Shown here: piece after piece, positions 42,374-54,600 of the stretch
How the letters are laid out: each line of letters begins with the position of its first letter
Numbering within the stretch: position 1 is the stretch's first letter
NCBI GenBank assembly: GCA_002269645.1
Contig: NIVC01001861.1
Location: 1-64,000 of the forward strand
Direction: 5' to 3'
Length of the DNA stretch: 64,000 nt
Source of the DNA: Macrostomum lignano
Taxonomy: Eukaryota
The notes under the pieces: generated by a model
Database searches by the model: none
Told to the model about the DNA's origin: nothing
Seen by the model: only the letters and a program-made list of their open reading frames with translations
Made by a program: the position numbers and the translations under genes

Positions 42374-43244
42374 GTCAGTCAGACAGACATACAGACAGAC
42401 AGACACTAAGACACTAAGACAGTCAGACAGACATACAGACAGACAGACAGACAGACAGACAGACCAACCTGTCATCCGAGCCCTCTAGATGTGGCTGCTC
42501 ATTTCTGGCCGGCTGTCCCTCCTCCTCAGCCGGCCGACCCCGGCGCTTCTTTCTTCTTCGAGCTGGCACCGCCGGACCCGCCGACTCTTCCACCGGATTG
42601 TCGGCTTCATCAGCCTCGGCCGGAGCCGTCACCAGCGCCGACGCTTCAGCCGCAGCTTCGTCAACGTCGGTATCGTCGATTCGCGACGGCAGCCGCTTGC
42701 CGAGCCGGCGGGCCGCCGCGCAGGCGGCTCCGTCAGAGGGCGGAAATTCCGTGAGGCGACGCCGCAGACTGGCGTAGACTTCGGCGGCAACGGCGGCGCC
42801 GGCCAAGGCCAGGACGCGACAGCGGGCCAGGACAGCCAGCAGCACAGTGTAGAGGCGAACCAGGTGGCCCATTGCCAGGTAGGGCAGCAGCAGCCGGGCG
42901 CAGCGGTCCGCAGCGGGCTGGACTTCAATCAGGCGACTGCGACGGTTGCGCAGCAGGAGGAGCGCCCGGACAGCGGCGGCGCGGTTCGGGCGTTGATTCG
43001 CGTCGATCAACGAGCGGACAAAGTCGCGCAATCGACGCCGCTCGTCGTCATTTCCGTTGTCGATAATAGCGCGACGGAATTTTCTGCGAACTTTGGCGAA
43101 CGCGCGCCAGTGCAGAAAATGGCGCTGCACGTGGCAGTACTTGACGTGCAGCTGGTCCATGAGGCGCAGCTCTTGGCCAGCCACTGGACAGTCCAGCGAC
43201 TCCGCTAGGCGAAGAAGCGATTTCTTAAAGTCGGCGGCCGATTG
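41090..43244 (-). CDS. NEPRO/Rmp1 (DUF4477)-like nucleolar RNase MRP-associated protein; exons 43244-42469, 41372-41090; no genomic ATG at the 5' end
   Basis: [30 protein letters not shown] and [28 protein letters not shown] resemble the two conserved helical blocks of NEPRO as I recall them. Lys-rich acidic nucleolar-type tail; phase 2 GT-AG intron; about 352 codons. Confidence 0.6.
41447..42463. repeat. (GACA)n microsatellite filling the intron
   Basis: Direct observation. Confidence 0.97.
41702..41894. mobile_element. PIF/Harbinger (Tourist-type) MITE, 193 bp
   Basis: Perfect 18 bp TIR gggccgtatgcagaaagc / gctttctgcatacggccc flanked by a TAA duplication (41699-41701, 41895-41897). Confidence 0.9.
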
Positions 43245-43279
43245 CTGCAATGAAATTCATTTAGTTGAAATTCTGTATG

Positions 43280-43652
43280 TGTCTAAGGTCTAGAGAACTG
43301 TGTCTCAGGTCTAAGAATGTGTGTCTCAGGTCTAGGGGTCTGTGTCTCAGGTCTAGGGGTCTGTGTCTCAGGTCTAAGAATTTGTGTCTCAGGTCTAGGG
43401 GTTTGTGTCTCAGGTCTAGGGTCTGTCTCAGATCTAGGGTCTGTGTCTCAGATCTATTGTCTGTCTCAGATCTAGGGTCTGTCTCAGATCTAGGGTATGT
43501 ATCTCAGATATAGGGTATGTGTCTCAAGTCTAGGGTATGTGTCTCAGATCTAGGGTCTGTCTCAGATCTAGGGTATGTGTCTCAGATCTAGGGTATGTGT
43601 TTCAAGTCTAGGGTATGTGTCTCAGATCTAGGGTCTGTCTCAGATCTAGGGT
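43280..43652. repeat. Minisatellite, about 18-20 bp unit (tctagggtatgtgtctcaga)
   Basis: Tandem copies between DCTD and the NEPRO-like gene. Confidence 0.9.
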
Positions 43653-44074
43653 CAACTGTCGGTAAAGTAAAAACAATTGAGATTGTTTTAAATTGAAAAA
43701 TCAATAAAACAAAGCAAATGAGAATACAGTTTTATTTTTCAATAAAAACAAGCGAGAAAGTCAAGAAACGCTTTAAAGTAGTAGTGAGTTACGTAAATTT
43801 ACTGCAGTAAAATCCGCCACGACTAAACAATTCATTGTTGGCTTAAGAAAAATCCAAAACCAAGCAAATCACCAGATTACAGGTACGTGATTTCTAACAA
43901 CCTGATACTCGTAGAATATTGAAGCCTAACTTAATTGGCTCCAACTTGTGCATCAAAATATGAATAATAAAAAGGGTAAAAGCGCTCCACCAAAAAATTT
44001 TCATAATAAATTCAAGCACCGAGAAAAATTGAAAATCCACTATGCTAAAAATGAAATCCGATAGTTCTAGCTCT

Positions 44075-44260
44075 CTTCCTCACCTGCCTCTTCCCCATCT
44101 GTCTCTTCCCTACCTGCCTCTTCCCCATCTGTCTCTTCCCTACCTGCCTCTTCCCCATCTGTCTCTTCCCTACCTGCCTCTTCCCCATCTGTCTCTTCCC
44201 TACCTGCCTCTTCCCCATCTGTCTCTTCCCTACCTGCCTCTTCCCCATCTGTCTCTTCCA
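44075..44260. repeat. Pyrimidine-rich 30 bp minisatellite downstream of the DCTD stop
   Basis: ctcttccctacctgcctcttccccatctgt tandem copies. Confidence 0.9.
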
Positions 44261-44434
44261 CACCCGTCTCTTCTTCCGATTCTTCCCCATGTGTCTCTCC
44301 TCCTCCACATCTCCCTTCCCTTGTCTCTTCCGCACCTCTCCTTCTCACCTGTCTGTTCCCCCTCCTCTTCCCCACCTACCCTCTTCCAGACTCCTCCAGA
44401 GGGGAGCCGAGGACCTTTCAATCCAGCAGCCATT

Positions 44435-44977
44435 TTAATCCATCAAGTCAACATCAAAGTCTACAGTAATTTGAGTTCTTTTAGACTCAAATTGGCACAT
44501 AGAGACGCCGGCCTTCGCCAGCATGCGCTTAGCTGCTTTGGTGGCCGGCTTTGTCCGATGCTTATCGGACAGATAAACCACCTCCTTGATGCCTGACTGG
44601 ATTATCAACTTGGCGCACTCGTTGCACGGAAACAAGGCCACGTAGATTGTGCAACCTGCAACTGTGGCTGAGTTCTTATTCACAATAGCGTTCATTTCGG
44701 CGTGGCACACGTACAAATGCTTGGAATCCATGGAGGTCGGATCTTTAGATTTGCCCCAGGGCAGCAGATCGTCGTGGCAACCGGTTGGCATGCCGTTGTA
44801 GCCAACTGCCACAATGCGCCTGTGCTGGTCCACAATGCAGCAGCCAACCTGGGTGACAGGGTCCTTGCTGCGCTGACCTGACAGACAGGCCACGGCCATG
44901 AAGTGGTCCTCCCAGCTCAGGTAGTCACGCCTGGGCCCGGCTGTGTCCCCATTGGCACTGCTCTGGCTGTCCGGCTC
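44435..44977 (-). CDS. DCTD: dCMP deaminase; one coding exon starting at a splice acceptor, no genomic ATG identified
   Basis: RRDYLSWEDHFMAVACLSGQRSKDPVTQVGCCIV..VGYNGMPTGC..LPW..YVCHAEMNAIVNKN..IYVALFPCNECAKLIIQSGIKEVVYLSDK, with HAE and PCxxC zinc motifs; acceptor ttctccaattccag at 44978. Confidence 0.96.
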   Translation of the reverse strand, partial: EPDSQSSANGDTAGPRRDYLSWEDHFMAVACLSGQRSKDPVTQVGCCIVDQHRRIVAVGYNGMPTGCHDDLLPWGKSKDPTSMDSKHLYVCHAEMNAIVNKNSATVAGCTIYVALFPCNECAKLIIQSGIKEVVYLSDKHRTKPATKAAKRMLAKAGVSMCQFESKRTQITVDFDVDLMD

Positions 44978-44994
44978 CTGGAATTGGAGAATGC

Positions 44995-45150
44995 CGTGTG
45001 AGCGCGGCAGTTCACTGAATGATGCTGTGTGAGAGTGCGGCAGTTCACTGAATGATGCTGTGTGAGTGCGGCAGTTCACTGAATGATGCTGTGTGAGAGT
45101 GCAGAAGTTCACTGAATGATGCTGTGTGAGAGTGCAGAAGTTCACTGAAT
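44995..45150. repeat. Short minisatellite (gcagttcactgaatgatgctgtgtgagagt-like)
   Basis: About 5 copies upstream of the DCTD acceptor; these create the false N-terminal extension in the ORF track. Confidence 0.85.
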
Positions 45151-46309
45151 GCTACACGAGAAGGGATAAGCGAGGATGATATACAGGGTCTAGTCAAAGG
45201 TTTTCCAATCAGTGAAAAAGTCACAAATAAAAAATGCAAGACAGTGAGTTACAGCAGATCAACAATTAAACAATAGAGGCATTTGCTCCACAGCAAGTTT
45301 ATTACAAAAAAACAATTGATAAAAGACTCATTCTCAGGCAACAATGCCCCAGAAGTGTGATACAGGGAAAGCTTATATCGGTGATGCTCCGGCTGCACTC
45401 TCTCGAATAAAGAAGATATTGGAAGGCTGAAAAATTTTCAGCAAAAGTATCTAGTTTTAACCGGTGCTATTAGCTGAATAGGCAAACACAGGATAGTTGA
45501 ATATAAGAGAAGAGCGGGGATATATGCCAACTAATAAATTGATAATTAATAAATGCTATCGAAGGTCCTTTGAAAGTGGCCACTTTGGCTACAAAATCAA
45601 ACAAAATAGTGTACTGGTTTTATTAAAGAAAAAATAGCTGGGGTAACCATCTGCATCAACTAGCGCCAATAAGTCGCTTTACTTACTACTGAACAAATAA
45701 GTAGAAAGCAAGTTTGAGACACTTTTTTGAAGAATCTCATTAGATTTGCATGTACACATATTTGAATGCAATAAACAGGTGATTTAATTAAAGAAAAGCT
45801 GACTTTTGGCCAGCTTCAGTTAAGCTACTTTCAGTTTGTGCGTCGCTAATTGCACTCTAACTAGCCTACTGAGTTAGTAGAAAGTTAAGCGGGCCAACAT
45901 AACGATTCTTGGACGACTCTTTCGCGACTCTTTTACGATTCAACAACTTACGTGACGCGCTTGTGTTGCAACAGTCGCCTCTCAGTCGCATTAGATGCGT
46001 TTTGAGTCTTTGAAAGTCACAAGAGTCGCTAGAGAGTTGTTTGAAACGACTTTAAAGCAGTTATGTTTACGGTAACGATTTCAACGGGTCAAGGTTATAA
46101 GTCTTAATAATCAACCATCATCATCATCAATCATCAATCATCATCATCGTCAATCATCATCATCATCACTAATCATCATCATCATCACCAATCATCATCA
46201 TCGTCAATCATCATCAATCATCATCATCAATCATCATTCTAATCATCAATCATCATCATCAATCATCATTCTAATCATCAATCATCATCATCAATCATCA
46301 TTCTAATCA

Positions 46310-49300
46310 TCAATCATCATCATCATCATCCAAATCGTGGTCGTTGTCCTCGGAGCTGCTGTTGCTGTCCGCATCGGACGAGCCGAAGCCGTTAATGTCC
46401 TCGAGCATCTGCCGTTCGTAGAACTCGTCGCTGTCCATGCTGAGATTCTCTTCTTCTTCATCGAACTCGTCCTCGTCATCATCGCTAAGCCAGGGCGGCA
46501 TGTGCTCATAGTCGAACATGAATAGATTGCCTGCCTCGGATTCGTCGCTGTCGTGTTCCTCCTCCGCCGACGAGTCACGGTCGTCGTTATCACCGACAGA
46601 GGCAGCGGCGGGGCTGGCAGTTTCGACAACTTCAACTCCGAAGCCTAGGCGAAGCCGAGCAAGACGCTCTGACAGCGCCAGAGATGCATCCGCATCCCCA
46701 TCGCCTCCCCCAGCTTCGGCTTCTTCGTCCTCCTCCGAGTCACTGCCTCTGCTGCCGCCACCGCCGCTGCCGCTGATCCGCAGGCGGAGTTTCGGGAACC
46801 GGTCGAAGCCGTCCGACAGAGCGGTTCGCCTGGCCAGAGCGGTAGCCAGCTGGCCGGGCCTGGCCAAACCCGGACACCTGGTCAGGTCTAGGCTGACGAG
46901 ACGCCGACAGTTGGCCAGCAGGGGCGCCAGGCCGCCGGGGCCGAGCATCGGGCAGCGGGCTGCCAGCAGCTCCTGCGGTGGTGGTTGAGCGGGCAAACAA
47001 TAAAGCGTGCGCTCTGAGATCAAGCAGAACTAATGCATTTGAGTAGGGGCTCAAGTATTGCGAAATCGTGCGACTGGAAATCACTTGTGACTGGAAATCA
47101 TTTGTGACTGGAAATCACTTGTGACTGGAAATCATTTGTGACTGGAAATCACTTGTGACTGGAAATCATTTGTGACTGGAAATCACTTGTGACTGGAAAT
47201 CATTTGTGACTGGAAATCATTTGTGACTGGAAATCACTTGTGACTGGAAATCATTTGTGAATGGAAATCACTTGTGACTGAAAATCACTTGTGACTGGAA
47301 ATCTTTTGTGACTGGAAATCACTTGTGACTGGAAATCATTTGTGAATGTAAATCACTTGTGACTGGAATCTTTTGTGACTGGAAATCACTTGTGACTGGA
47401 AATCACTTGTGACTGGAAATCATTTGTGAATGGAAATCACTTGTGACTGAAAATCACCTGTGACTGGAAATCATTTGTGACTGGAAATCACTTGTGACTG
47501 GAAATCACACTAATGGAAATCACACTAATGGAGTTCACACTAATGGAAATCACACGAAGGGAAATCACACGAAGGGAAATCACACGAAGGGAAATCACAC
47601 TAATGGAAATCATACTAATGAAAATCACACTAATGTAAATCACACAAAGGGAAATCACACGAAGGTAAATCACACTAATGAAAATCACACTAATGGAAAT
47701 TACACTAATGAAAATCACACTAAAAAAAAACACGAATGGAAATCACAGGAAGGGAAATCACACTAATGGAAATCACACGAAGGGAAATCACACGAATGGA
47801 AATCACACGAATGGAAATCACACTAATGGAAATCACACTAATGGAAATCACACTAATGGAAATCACACTAATGGAAATCACACTAATGGAAATCACACTA
47901 ATGGAAATCACACGAATGGAAATCACACTAATGGAAATCACAGGAAGGGAAATCACACTAATGGAAATCACACTAATGGAAATCACACTAATGGAAATCA
48001 CACTAATGGAAATCACACTAATGGAAATCACACTAATGGAAATCACACTAATGGAAATCACACTAATGGAAATCACACTAATGGAAATCACACTAATGGA
48101 AATCACACTAATGGAAATCACACTAATGGAAATCACACTAATGGAAATCACACTAGTGGAAATCACACGAATGGAAATCACAGGAAGGGAAATCACACTA
48201 ATGGAAATCACACTAATGGAAATCACACTAATGGAAATCACACTAATGGAAATCACAGGAAGGGAAATCACACTAATGGAAATCACACTAATGGAAATCA
48301 CACTAATGGAAATCACACTAATGGAAATCACACTAATGGAAATCACACTAATGGAAATCACACTAATGGAAATCACACTAATGGAAATCACACTAGTGGA
48401 AATCACACGAATGGAAATCACACTAATGGAAATCACAATAATGGAAATCACAATAATGGAAATCACACTAATAGAAATCACACTAATGGAAATCACACGA
48501 ATGGAAATCACACGAAGGGAAATCACACGAAAGGAAATCACACTAATAGAAATGGAAATCACACAAATGGAAACCACACTAATGGAAGTCACACTAATGG
48601 AAATCACACGAATGGAAATCACACGAATGGAAATCACACTAATGGAAATCACACGAATGGAAATCACACAAATGGAAATCACACGAATGGAAATCACACA
48701 AATGGAAATCAAGACACGGGAAATCAGCACACGAACTAAACTATTAAAACTGATTCCTAAGCTCATTGCTCACCTGCAGCTCTGGCGGCGGCGGCTGTCG
48801 TCCGTCAAAGGCGGTGCCGGACGCGTCTAGGAAGCTCAGGCGGCAGAGGCCCTTCAGCGAGGCGAAGTCTTCGTTAGCGAGGCCGGCGCAGTCCGGCAGG
48901 TCGAGTCGGCGAAGCTGCGGCAGGCGGGTGACGAGGCAGCGAAGGCAGCCGCCGGTCAGGTCAGCCCTGCCGAGATGGAGCGCCCGGAGGCTGCAGCCGT
49001 TCAGCTGCCAGGAGGCTTCGGCGGCTGCGGCGCTGCCTTCTCGGATCATCGGCCAGCGAGTCCAGTCCTCGAAGAGTGCGACATCCTTCGACTGAGGGGG
49101 AGGCGAACGGGTTTCTTGGGTAGTGGGGTATTGATACTGGGGTATTGGTATTGGGGCATTGATATTAGGGTATTAGGGTATTGGGGTATTAGCCTTGATA
49201 CTGGGGTATTGATATTTGGGCACTGGGTATTGATACTGGGGTATTGATATTTGGGCACTGGGGTATTGATACTGGGGTATTGATATTGGGGTATTGGGGT

Positions 49301-50746
49301 ATTATTACGTTTTAGCATTTGAGTATTGGGGGCATGGATATTTGGGGTATTGTGTATTGATAGGGAGTGTTACCCGCTCGATGCGCAGCTCCTCCAGCTT
49401 CTCCAGCTTCTCCCATCCGACTCGGTCGCCGAGCCGCTCCAACCGCCTCGCCAGCGTCAGCCGAAGCGACACCAGGCCGGAGCCGCAGGCCTCAGCTGCG
49501 GCCGTCACGACAGTCTCGTTCGCCACGTTGGTCAGCGTCAGCTGGCGAAGTCGGCAGTCGGCGATGAAGCAGAAGGCCTCGGCTTTGCGCAGCTGCTGGG
49601 CTGGCAGGCTGAGCTGCTCCAGGTGACGGCCGCAGCCACGCATGAGCAGCCAGAGGGCCTGGGGGCGGGTAAAGTGAACTTTTGCACAGCACTAACACGA
49701 TAACAGGATGTCTGTAGCTAACAGGATGTCTGTAGATAACAGCATTTCTGTAGCTAACAGGATGTCTGTAGCTAACAGGATGTCTGTAGCTAACCGGATG
49801 TCTGTAGCTAACCGGATGTCTGTAGCTAACCGGATGTCTGTAGCTAACAGGATGTCTGTAGCTAACAGGATGTCTGTAGCTAACAGGATGTCTGTAGCTA
49901 ACAGGATGTCCATACCCCAAGACGGACACCGAGTATCTTTCTGACTGTGTATCACAGCAGCGCGTCTCTAACTCACCTGGTCGTTGAACCGCTTGACGGC
50001 CTGCCGCGAGCTTCTCCGCCAGCCCCTGGGCAGCCGGCTGTCGGGTCAGCCAAGTGCAGCACCGTCAGGCACCGCAGACTGTCGCCAGCCAGCAGGCAGT
50101 CGAGAGGTGACGGACACACCGGCAGGCGCAGCTCCGTCAGCGCTGGCAGGCAGCGGGCGATGCGCGACAGCGCCAGGCTCAGGCCGGGCGGCGTTGCCTT
50201 GGTAACTGACAGGCTGCGGAGGTCAGACGCAGAGCCCAAACAGCGCAGGAACTGCTGCAGCTCGTCTTCCTCCTGCTGCCGCTCGCCGCTGTCGTCAAGG
50301 GAGTCGCCGCTGTCGGCAAAGTCCAGCTGGCGAAGTCGCAGGCCGAGCCGCGGTCGCCAGGAAACGAGCCGGCGAAAGCAGACGCAGGAGCGGCTCAGCC
50401 TCAGCCAGTCGGACGGCGCCAGGCGGTCGAGGACGCCGTCTTGGAATGCGCCGGGCGGCAGGCGGCGGACCGGACAGTCCGGCCGGCAGGAGGTGGGCGG
50501 GCCGGCCGGCGGCTCCGGGAAAATCTCGGCGCCCGGCAGGACGAAACGGCAGCGGACGCGGAAGCTCCAGTCCTGCTCGGCGTGGAACAAGTCGTCCAGG
50601 TTGCTCAGCTGCAGCACGAACCGCGCCGTGCCGTCTCCGCTGTCGCTGCTGGCGCTGGCAGCTGGCCGCGTCTTCATAATCAGGCCAAACTGGCCCAGTT
50701 TTGCTTCCAAGACGCAACTACGACTCTCCGTGTTGTTTTTCTCCCA
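46310..50746 (-). CDS. F-box/LRR protein, copy A, with acidic C-terminal tail; exons 50746-49977, 49658-49374, 49091-48774, 46972-46310; 1-nt deletion near 50043
   Basis: F-box-like PVRRLPPGAFQDGVLDRLAPSDWLRLSRSCVCFRRLV; LRRs LRSLSV, LTELRL, LEQLSL, LRALHL, LRRLDL, LSFLDA, LVSLDLTRC. The frame is restored by comparison with copy B. Confidence 0.85.
47070..48720. repeat. Two abutting related minisatellites: 17 bp (gtgactggaaatcactt) then 15 bp (cacactaatggaaat)
   Basis: Intron 3 of F-box copy A; source of the NGNHT/MEITL ORFs. Confidence 0.95.
49120..49370. repeat. Degenerate gggtattgatact-type repeat, intron 2 of F-box copy A
   Basis: Direct observation. Confidence 0.8.
49700..49912. repeat. 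18 bp minisatellite (aggatgtctgtagctaac), intron 1 of F-box copy A
   Basis: Direct observation. Confidence 0.9.
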
Positions 50747-50784
50747 CTGTACAAATGATTTTTTGAGGGAGATGGAATGAGAGG

Positions 50785-51030
50785 TCACGCTCAAATACTC
50801 GCTAAAGTGCACGCTCAAATACTCGCTAAAGTGCTCGCTCAAATACTCGCTAAAGTGCACGCTCAAATACTCGCTAAAGTGCACGCTCAAATACTCGCTA
50901 AAGTGCACGCTCAAATACTCGCTAAAGTGCACGCTCAAATACTCGCTAAAGTGCACGCTCAAATACTCGCTAAAGTGCCCGCTCAAATACTCGCTAAAGT
51001 GCACGCTCAAATACTCGCTAAAGTGCACGC
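50785..51030. repeat. 24 bp minisatellite (gtgcacgctcaaatactcgctaaa) in the intergenic spacer
   Basis: Direct observation. Confidence 0.9.
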
Positions 51031-51600
51031 TAAAAAACTTGGATAGAAAAATATGATAGCACTATCAGTAGTTAATTTGAGACAACCAACTTTATTGATT
51101 GGGATTAAATATCAGACGCAAGCACAAACATTGGTTACCAATAAAACAAAAGCAGAGTTTGGCAAACTCACTGAGTCAATTAGCAGTACGCAGCTGACGC
51201 AGTGAGACAATCGTCTGAATGAGATCTTGTGCTCGAGCTCGACTGGCTCCAGGCTGAAGTGCGAGGGAAAGCGAGTTATCAGCTTCCGCATAGCAGCCTC
51301 GTACGACCACGAAAAAACTTGAGCACGAAAATTGGCCGGTGGCTTGTCGTCCGATTCACACCCATAGGGCCAACACCCCCCTCCCCAGAGAGTGTACATG
51401 CCTGACGATTAGAAAGTCAGGGCTGCTGTACACCTTGTGTGAGCGTGTCATGAGTGCGTGCCTCATACAGTATTGGCGCGCTTGTGTGTCCTCAGGAGTC
51501 AGAGGAACGGGCAGAATTGCCTCACTGGCTGGTTACGGGAAGGTGTTGCCTGCAGCCCTCCCGCAATTGACAATACTACTATAGGCAGGTTTAAGGCTAC

Positions 51601-54600
51601 TCACATTTCCTCCGGATTGATCCACTTATCGAAGAAGTCGTCCAAGCCAGCGGGCAGCGGCGGCGGCACCAGCAGTTGGCGCGCCTGCCGCCAGCCAGCC
51701 GGGCCCAGGAAGCCGAGCCCCAGCAGCAGGCGGGCCACCAGACGGTCGAACTGGCGAATCGTCAGGCCGTCCGGTGGACTGCCGGCCAGCTCCTGGGCCG
51801 GGGCTCTGGCCGGGCCGGGCAGGCAGGGCCAGTCGGACAGGCGGCGGGCGAATTGGCGCCAGAGCCGGTGGCGGGCTAGCCTGTGAGAGCGGGGGCGGGA
51901 GAAACGGCCTTTGATTTTTAGACGCTTAACCAATTGTAACAATTGAACTGACTAGATAAAAATTTGGGAAATTAGACACTGCATTTTTGAAGCCCCGTTT
52001 CCGAGACCCCAATACACAAATCCTAATTCCCAAAATCCCGATTCCCAAAATCCCAAATCCTGAAATCCCAAATCCCGAAATCCATATTCTCAAATCACAA
52101 ATCCTGAAATCCCATATTCCCAAAATCCCAAATCCCGAAATCCCATATTCCCGAAATCCCAATTCCCAAAATCCCAATTCCAAAAATCCCAATTCCCAAA
52201 ATCGTAATTCAAAAAGTCCCGATTCCCAAAATCCCGATTCCAAAAATCCTGATTCCCAAAATCCCGATACTCAAAATCCTGCTTCCAATAACTTCGATTG
52301 CCCAAATCCCAACCATAATAATCCCGGCTGCCAAAACCCAATTCCCGAAATAAAATTCTCCAATCTACAATTTCCACTAAATTCCAATTTCAAATAAAAT
52401 AAGATCAACCCTCTGTTTCGAAGCCCCGCTCCTTAACTCTCAATAACGAATCTAATCTTCAAGACAAAGCCAAAACTGCCCGGTAGCTTAACCACCCCCC
52501 ATTCAACACACGAGAACAGCAAGTTCACCTGGTTAGCAGATGCGGCGTCAGCGACGTCTCCACCGACAGCCTGCACAGCCGGACCTCCTCGACAGCAGCC
52601 GACCAGCCGGCGTCTGCGTCGGCGCCTCCGCCCAGAGCTTCGACGCAGGCCTCCGCAGCGGCGTCGCCGTTGGTGTCACCGTCGCCATTTGCGCTTAGGC
52701 GAGCGTTCGGCAGGCCTTTGTGATAATTGCGCAATAAAAATTTTAAGTACACGGTAACACGATTTGATGTTACGAATTACGATTAACATGCTCTCATAAT
52801 ACCAGCTACAGACAGAACTGTAACACCAGCTACAGACGGTACTGTAACACCAGCTACAGAGGGCACTGTAACACCAGCTACAGATGGCACTGTAACACCA
52901 GCTACAGACGGTACTGTAACACCAGCTACAGACGGAACTTTAACACCAGCTACAGACGGTACTGTAACACCAGCTACAGACGGTACTGTAACACCAGCTA
53001 CAGACGGTGTAAGCCCATATAATCAAAGCTAGGAGATTATTAAATTTCCTCAAAGTATCTTACCGGCTCCAAAAGTGGCCTGGAAGTCTCGCAGAGCTCG
53101 GGTGAGCAGACCGAGAAGTCCGCCGCCGCAGCCGTCGCTGCCCACCTGCCGCAGCTGTCGCCTGGCAACAGCAAAGAACAGACGCGAGGCCAGAAGATGC
53201 TTCAAGCCGTCTGGCAAAGGCTGGCCAGTCACAGCCTCGAGCAGGCTGAAGCTGCACAGCTCTCCAAGGACCACTCTCGGCCGGGAGTTCAGCCAGCCGT
53301 CCAGGGCTGCCTGCAGGTCCCAGTCACCGCCGCGGTCGCCAGCCACCGGCCACCGAGGCTCGAAGGCGAGTCGCCGCAGCAACCGGCAGGCGGCCTCGTC
53401 CTCGGCCAGTCGGTCGGACACCAGCGCGTCCAGCTGTCCAATTCTGTCCGATGCGTCGGAAGGCAGCGGCTTGGAGCGGCAGGCAAAGAAGGACAACAGG
53501 CGGCACAGCTCCGGCCAGCTGCGGCCACTCAGGCTCTCCCGCAGTTGCCAGAACTCGGCGAGGCTCAGCGTCCGCTCCAGGAGTCCATCGGCGAGACGGC
53601 GAGAGAACTCGGCCAGCTGATCCACGTATTCGGCTCCGAGCTGGTCGCGGAAGTGAAGACAGTCGTCCAGCGGCTGCCACAGCTCGGACAGAGACAGCAG
53701 ACGGGGCAGAAGCTGCATTGGGGAGCCGCCTTGGCGCCACAGATCCGGGAAGTGGCGGGCGAACACTTGCGAGAGCAGCGAGGCGCGCAGAAGGTTGCGG
53801 TAGCTGAGAATTGGATAGCTGTTCAAGCGACCGCCGGAGTTGACTTGGATGCGGCTGCAAATAGTTGGGAAAAATAGGGAACAGACTGTTCGAGACTGGC
53901 TGTCTGTTCCAGAGTGATGAGATGCCTGTACCAGAGTGAAGAAATGCCTGTTCCAGAGTGAAGAAATGCCTGTTCCAGAGTGAAGGGATGCCTGTTCCAG
54001 AGTGGAAGAGATGCCTGTTCCAGAGTGGAAGGAATGCCTGTTCCAGAGTGGAAGGGATGCCTGTTCCAGAGTGGAAGGGATGCCTGTTCCAGAGTGGACG
54101 GGATGCCTGTTCCAGAGTGGACGGGATGCCTGTTCCAGAGTGGAAGGGATGCCTGTTCCAGAGTGGAAGGGATGCCTGTTCCAGAGTGGACGGGATGCCT
54201 GTTCCAGAGTGGAAGGGATGCCTGTTCCAGAGTGGACGGGATGCCTGTTCCAGAGTGGACGGGATGCCTGTTCCAGAGTGAAGAGATTACTGTTCCAAAG
54301 TAAAGAGATTACTGTTCCAGAGTGAAGAGATTACTGTTCCAGAGTGAAGAGATGCCTGTTCCAGAGTGAAGGATGCCTGTTCCAGAGTGAAGAGATGCCT
54401 GTTCCAGAGTGAAGAGATGCCTGTTCCAGAGTGAAGAGATGCCTGTTCCAGAGTGGAAGGGATGCCTGTTCCAGAGTGAAGAGATGCCTGTTTCAGAGTG
54501 TAGAGATGCACTAACTCCCTAATCAGTGCACAGAGAAGAGCTCACAAGTCAGGTAGGCTATTAAAGACACTCCGCAGCGGTCTCAATCGCGGTTCATCAT

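Noticed and set aside
42489-43208. Antisense ORFs over GC-rich exons (also 53075-53877, 49947-50780, 15036-15473)
   Set aside because: Shadow ORFs expected from high GC content; the opposite strand carries the spliced genes
44978-45145. N-terminal extension of DCTD in the ORF track
   Set aside because: Derived from a tandem repeat upstream of a clear splice acceptor
45895-46075. Possible MITE (aacataac...gttatgtt)
   Set aside because: Inverted match too short and degenerate, and no TSD
47494-48830. 350-aa NGNHT / MEITL / ISVIS ORFs
   Set aside because: 15-bp tandem repeat inside an F-box intron, open on both strands
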